From assembly GCA_048013815.1 (NCBI GenBank), contig CM106585.1:12586001-12650000 (forward strand): a stretch of DNA of 64,000 bases, read 5' to 3'. The DNA comes from Setoptus koraiensis (taxonomy: Eukaryota > Animalia > Arthropoda). Of the stretch, positions 61,391 through 64,000 are shown in pieces; within the stretch, counting starts at the first letter, position 1; every line of letters begins with the position of its first letter. The translations under genes and the position numbers were made by a program. Under the pieces are notes generated by a model. The model saw only the letters and a list, made by a program, of their open reading frames with translations, made no database searches and was not told the DNA's origin.

Positions 61391-61979
61391 ATGAAGCTCA
61401 CAAATAGCGGTGCACCAAACTGTTGCACCAAACCACAAATCGCCCCCAAATCTCTCTCACTAGTGATACTGCTGACACTGACAAGCCTACTCTCACAAGT
61501 TCAAAGTTCCTCACAATCGTCGGCGCTGCTGCCCGCGGCGCAGCGCCTCCAATCGTCGCTACAGCCACCGCCTCACCTACTGACCAATGTCGAGCAAGTG
61601 GCGCCCAGCATCGACATTGTCACCAGTGCCAACAGCAAGCCCGCGGCCCTCGAATACGAATACTATGTTATGCCCGGCACCAACTTCAAGCTAGAGTGCA
61701 AGGTGCCCGTCGAAGCCAAAAATCCCTCGTCCATTGTGTGGCTGCGAACGCCGTCCGTGTCGCAGGCCCTGACAAACCCGAGCGCCGGCCACAAGTCACA
61801 GATAATCAGCATCAGAAGCGAATTCAGGCAGGGCTTCAGAAACATCGAGCCGGAATTCAACGAGAAAAGCGGACAGTACAACCTAGTTTTCTACAACGCC
61901 TCATACGAGCATCACGAGGGACACTACACGTGCGACTATTCGCCCTCGTTCACAAAATCCATCCAAGTCATCGTAGTCT
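61391..61979 (+). CDS. Signal-peptide plus immunoglobulin-domain exon of a secreted or cell-surface IgSF protein; downstream exon(s) uncertain
   Basis: Hydrophobic leader (LSLVILLTLTSLLSQVQS). Ig hallmarks FKLECKV, IVWLR and EGHYTC. The exon ends at a phase-1 donor T|GTAAGT (61980), typical of Ig-domain exons. Confidence 0.8.
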
Positions 61980-62249
61980 GTAAGTAGCCAACCTATGCCT
62001 ATATCGACAAAATCACTCTCTTGATAGTGCGAATCGACAAAGTCACTCTCTAGATGCTGTCCACCGACAGCGAACCATACTCTCGACAAAATCGCCTCTC
62101 GATGTTGTCGCCGTTTGTTATACGATTTGTGGTCGCTCGCTTTATTATTATCGTGTGTGTATAAACATATTTAAACAGGGTACTACTCGGGCCGCTGACC
62201 AGTGCGGCCCCGGTTCGTCGACGGGCCGCCGCTTGTCGGGCGCGCGCGC

Positions 62250-63810
62250 TCACTCCTCCTTGTCGGCGGCGTCGTCCGCGCCGCTGTCCGAGGCCGCAAC
62301 GGGCGCCTTGGTGGTGGACGAGGCCGTCTGTTTCTTCTTGCGCTTGTTGCTCCTTGTCGCGGACGTTGAGCCCGTTCGACCCCCAGACGACGACGACGAC
62401 GATGACCCGTTGGTGGAGCCAACACTTCCGGTGCCAATGCTCGAGCCAGACGATGATGAGCCCACGATATTGGCCGCTTTTTGCAGTTGCTGCTGTTGGC
62501 CCGCGAGAGATGTTTGCAGTGCGAGCGCTCTCGAGTTGTCAATGGGCTTCATAATGTACCACTTGTTGTTTATTGATGCCGCTGCCAGGCCGCTAAAGTC
62601 ATCGGGAAAACTATTTTTTTGTTGTATGTCGGCCCCTTCGAAGCCGCTCGACGACGACTGCTGGCTAAATCCGCCAGTTGTGCCGCCAAATCCGCTTAGC
62701 GCGCTAGAGCCGCCATTTCCGGCGATTTGCGACGACGACGATTGTGTAAATTGGCCGCCCACGCCATTAAGGCCAATTAGTTGGCCAGTTGTATCAAAGG
62801 CCGAGCTAGAATCAATTTTTTCTTGGCTTAGTCCGTCTTGGCTGGAGCCGAATGAGCCGGCCCCTAGGCCGGCCAAATTTGATGATGACGACGATGAGAA
62901 TGTATTAAATGCCGATGATTGCGGCACCACCGATGAGCTTTGCAATTGTTGCTGACGAAAGAATTCCTGTTGCTGGCTTACCGGTTGTTGTTGTATGGAT
63001 TGTTGCTGGAATTTACTAAATCCCGTTTGTAGCGTTTGCGGTTGTTGCGACGATGATATAATCTGATTATATGAGCTAGTCTCACCTAAGCCGCCAATAG
63101 TCTGTTGTTGCGGTACGGCCTGGCTAGAGAAGCTTTGTACGCGTCTGAAGCTAGACTCTTGGCTGGGCTGTTGGATTATTATTGGCTGTTGTTGTTGTTG
63201 TTGGATGGTTTGCATACGACTAATGAACGATTGCAATTGTGTAGGTGTCAAACTATTTAAAAATGATCTCATTGTTTGGAATGTTTGCTCGTTTGCGCTA
63301 ATGGGTACAATTTGCGGCTGTTGTGCGGATATTTGGCGGCTAGATTGAAAAAAGCTATTAGAGTTGCCTGAGGGCAGCGAGGAGGCGGACGACGACGAAA
63401 AGAAGCCCGCCGATCCGGGCGACTGGCCGCTACTGGACAGGCTCGACTGCCTGATCAGTTGGGCCTGTTGCACGGGCGACAGCACCGCCGATTGGAGCCG
63501 CTCCGACTTGAAGGCCGACGTTTTGCCCCCGAAGCCGCCGGTGTTCTGTCATTACGGTTGCATCGTTGTTGTGTCGATATATGTTTGATATATGTCGATG
63601 TCGTCGGCAATCGGCGATCGATCGGTGATTAATTGGTGATGGACAAAACAACAAATTAGCAGAGCGTCAGTGATTTAATTAGCGACATGCAAATGAGCTC
63701 TCGTTTGAGCAGTTTTATTGACGAGAGTGCCGGGACAGCGCCGGATATACTTCAGATAGTTACCTGGAACGAAGTGGACAGGGATGAGCCGCCGATAGGC
63801 GCCAAGCCAC
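62250..63810 (-). CDS. Gln/Ser/Gly-rich low-complexity protein, 3' exons only; the 5' end was not identified and probably lies beyond the right edge
   Basis: Exons 63810-63764 (GLAPIGGSSLSTSFQ, donor GTAACT) and 63545-62250 (acceptor GACAG, in frame with the 411-aa ORF). One short ordered segment, DDFSGLAAASINNKWYIMKPIDNSRAL. Codon usage looks coding. Confidence 0.7.
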
Positions 63811-64000
63811 CTATTGTTGTTTGCATGTTGATTGCGCATGTAAACACACATGTAGTGGACGACGGCGTAAATTCGGAATACGGAATAGGCGAATAGGAAG
63901 CAATTTAATTTATTAGTCGGCATAATGTGGCAACAACAGCAACAACAACAACAACAATTAGCGGACAATGATGCGCGCTGCAAACCAATGCAAGCCAATT

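Noticed and set aside
62155-62955. 266-aa plus-strand ORF as the next exon of the Ig gene
   Set aside because: It is the antisense shadow of the Q/S-rich gene, and its frame does not match the phase-1 donor at the nearby acceptor.
1-64000. tRNA, rRNA, snRNA genes, telomeric repeats and autonomous transposons
   Set aside because: No cloverleaf, rRNA-like segment, RT/transposase/integrase motif, LTR or terminal inverted repeat was recognised by eye. Covariance-model and Dfam searches would be needed to exclude them fully.

Overview
Eukaryotic (arthropod) genomic DNA with spliceosomal GT-AG introns, not prokaryotic. The most likely source is a mite with a streamlined genome, such as an eriophyoid. 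This is inferred from intronless housekeeping genes, mostly ~90-130 bp introns and N/T/Q-rich coding insertions, and was not verified. Genes supported by protein motifs and hand-assembled splice junctions: SRF exon 1 (-); PP4R3/SMEK (-, 4 exons); a class A neuropeptide GPCR (-, 4 exons over 10.4 kb); intronless NCAPH (-) head-to-head with intronless POLA1 (+); three small lineage-specific ORFs (-), two of them paralogous; an ABCC4/MRP4-like transporter (-, 2 exons) plus a decayed partial copy; a GH18 chitinase (-, 6 exons); a CWF19L1-like gene (+); SCAMP (-, 2 exons); an Ig-domain secreted/surface protein exon (+); and a Q/S/G-rich low-complexity protein (-, partial). No tRNA, rRNA, CRISPR array or recognisable transposon was found. 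The most notable observations are: (1) a ~21 kb non-coding domain with about 51 GGGCCC palindromes, almost absent elsewhere; (2) a tandem duplication of [ABCC 3' end + zinc-finger gene] in which one copy lacks exactly the zinc finger in frame and carries a novel C-terminus; (3) loss of N-terminal regulatory modules in three intronless core genes (POLA1 histone-binding domain, CAP-H N-tail, CWF19L1 phosphoesterase-like domain); (4) NRH in place of DRY in the GPCR. All counts and alignments were done by eye.
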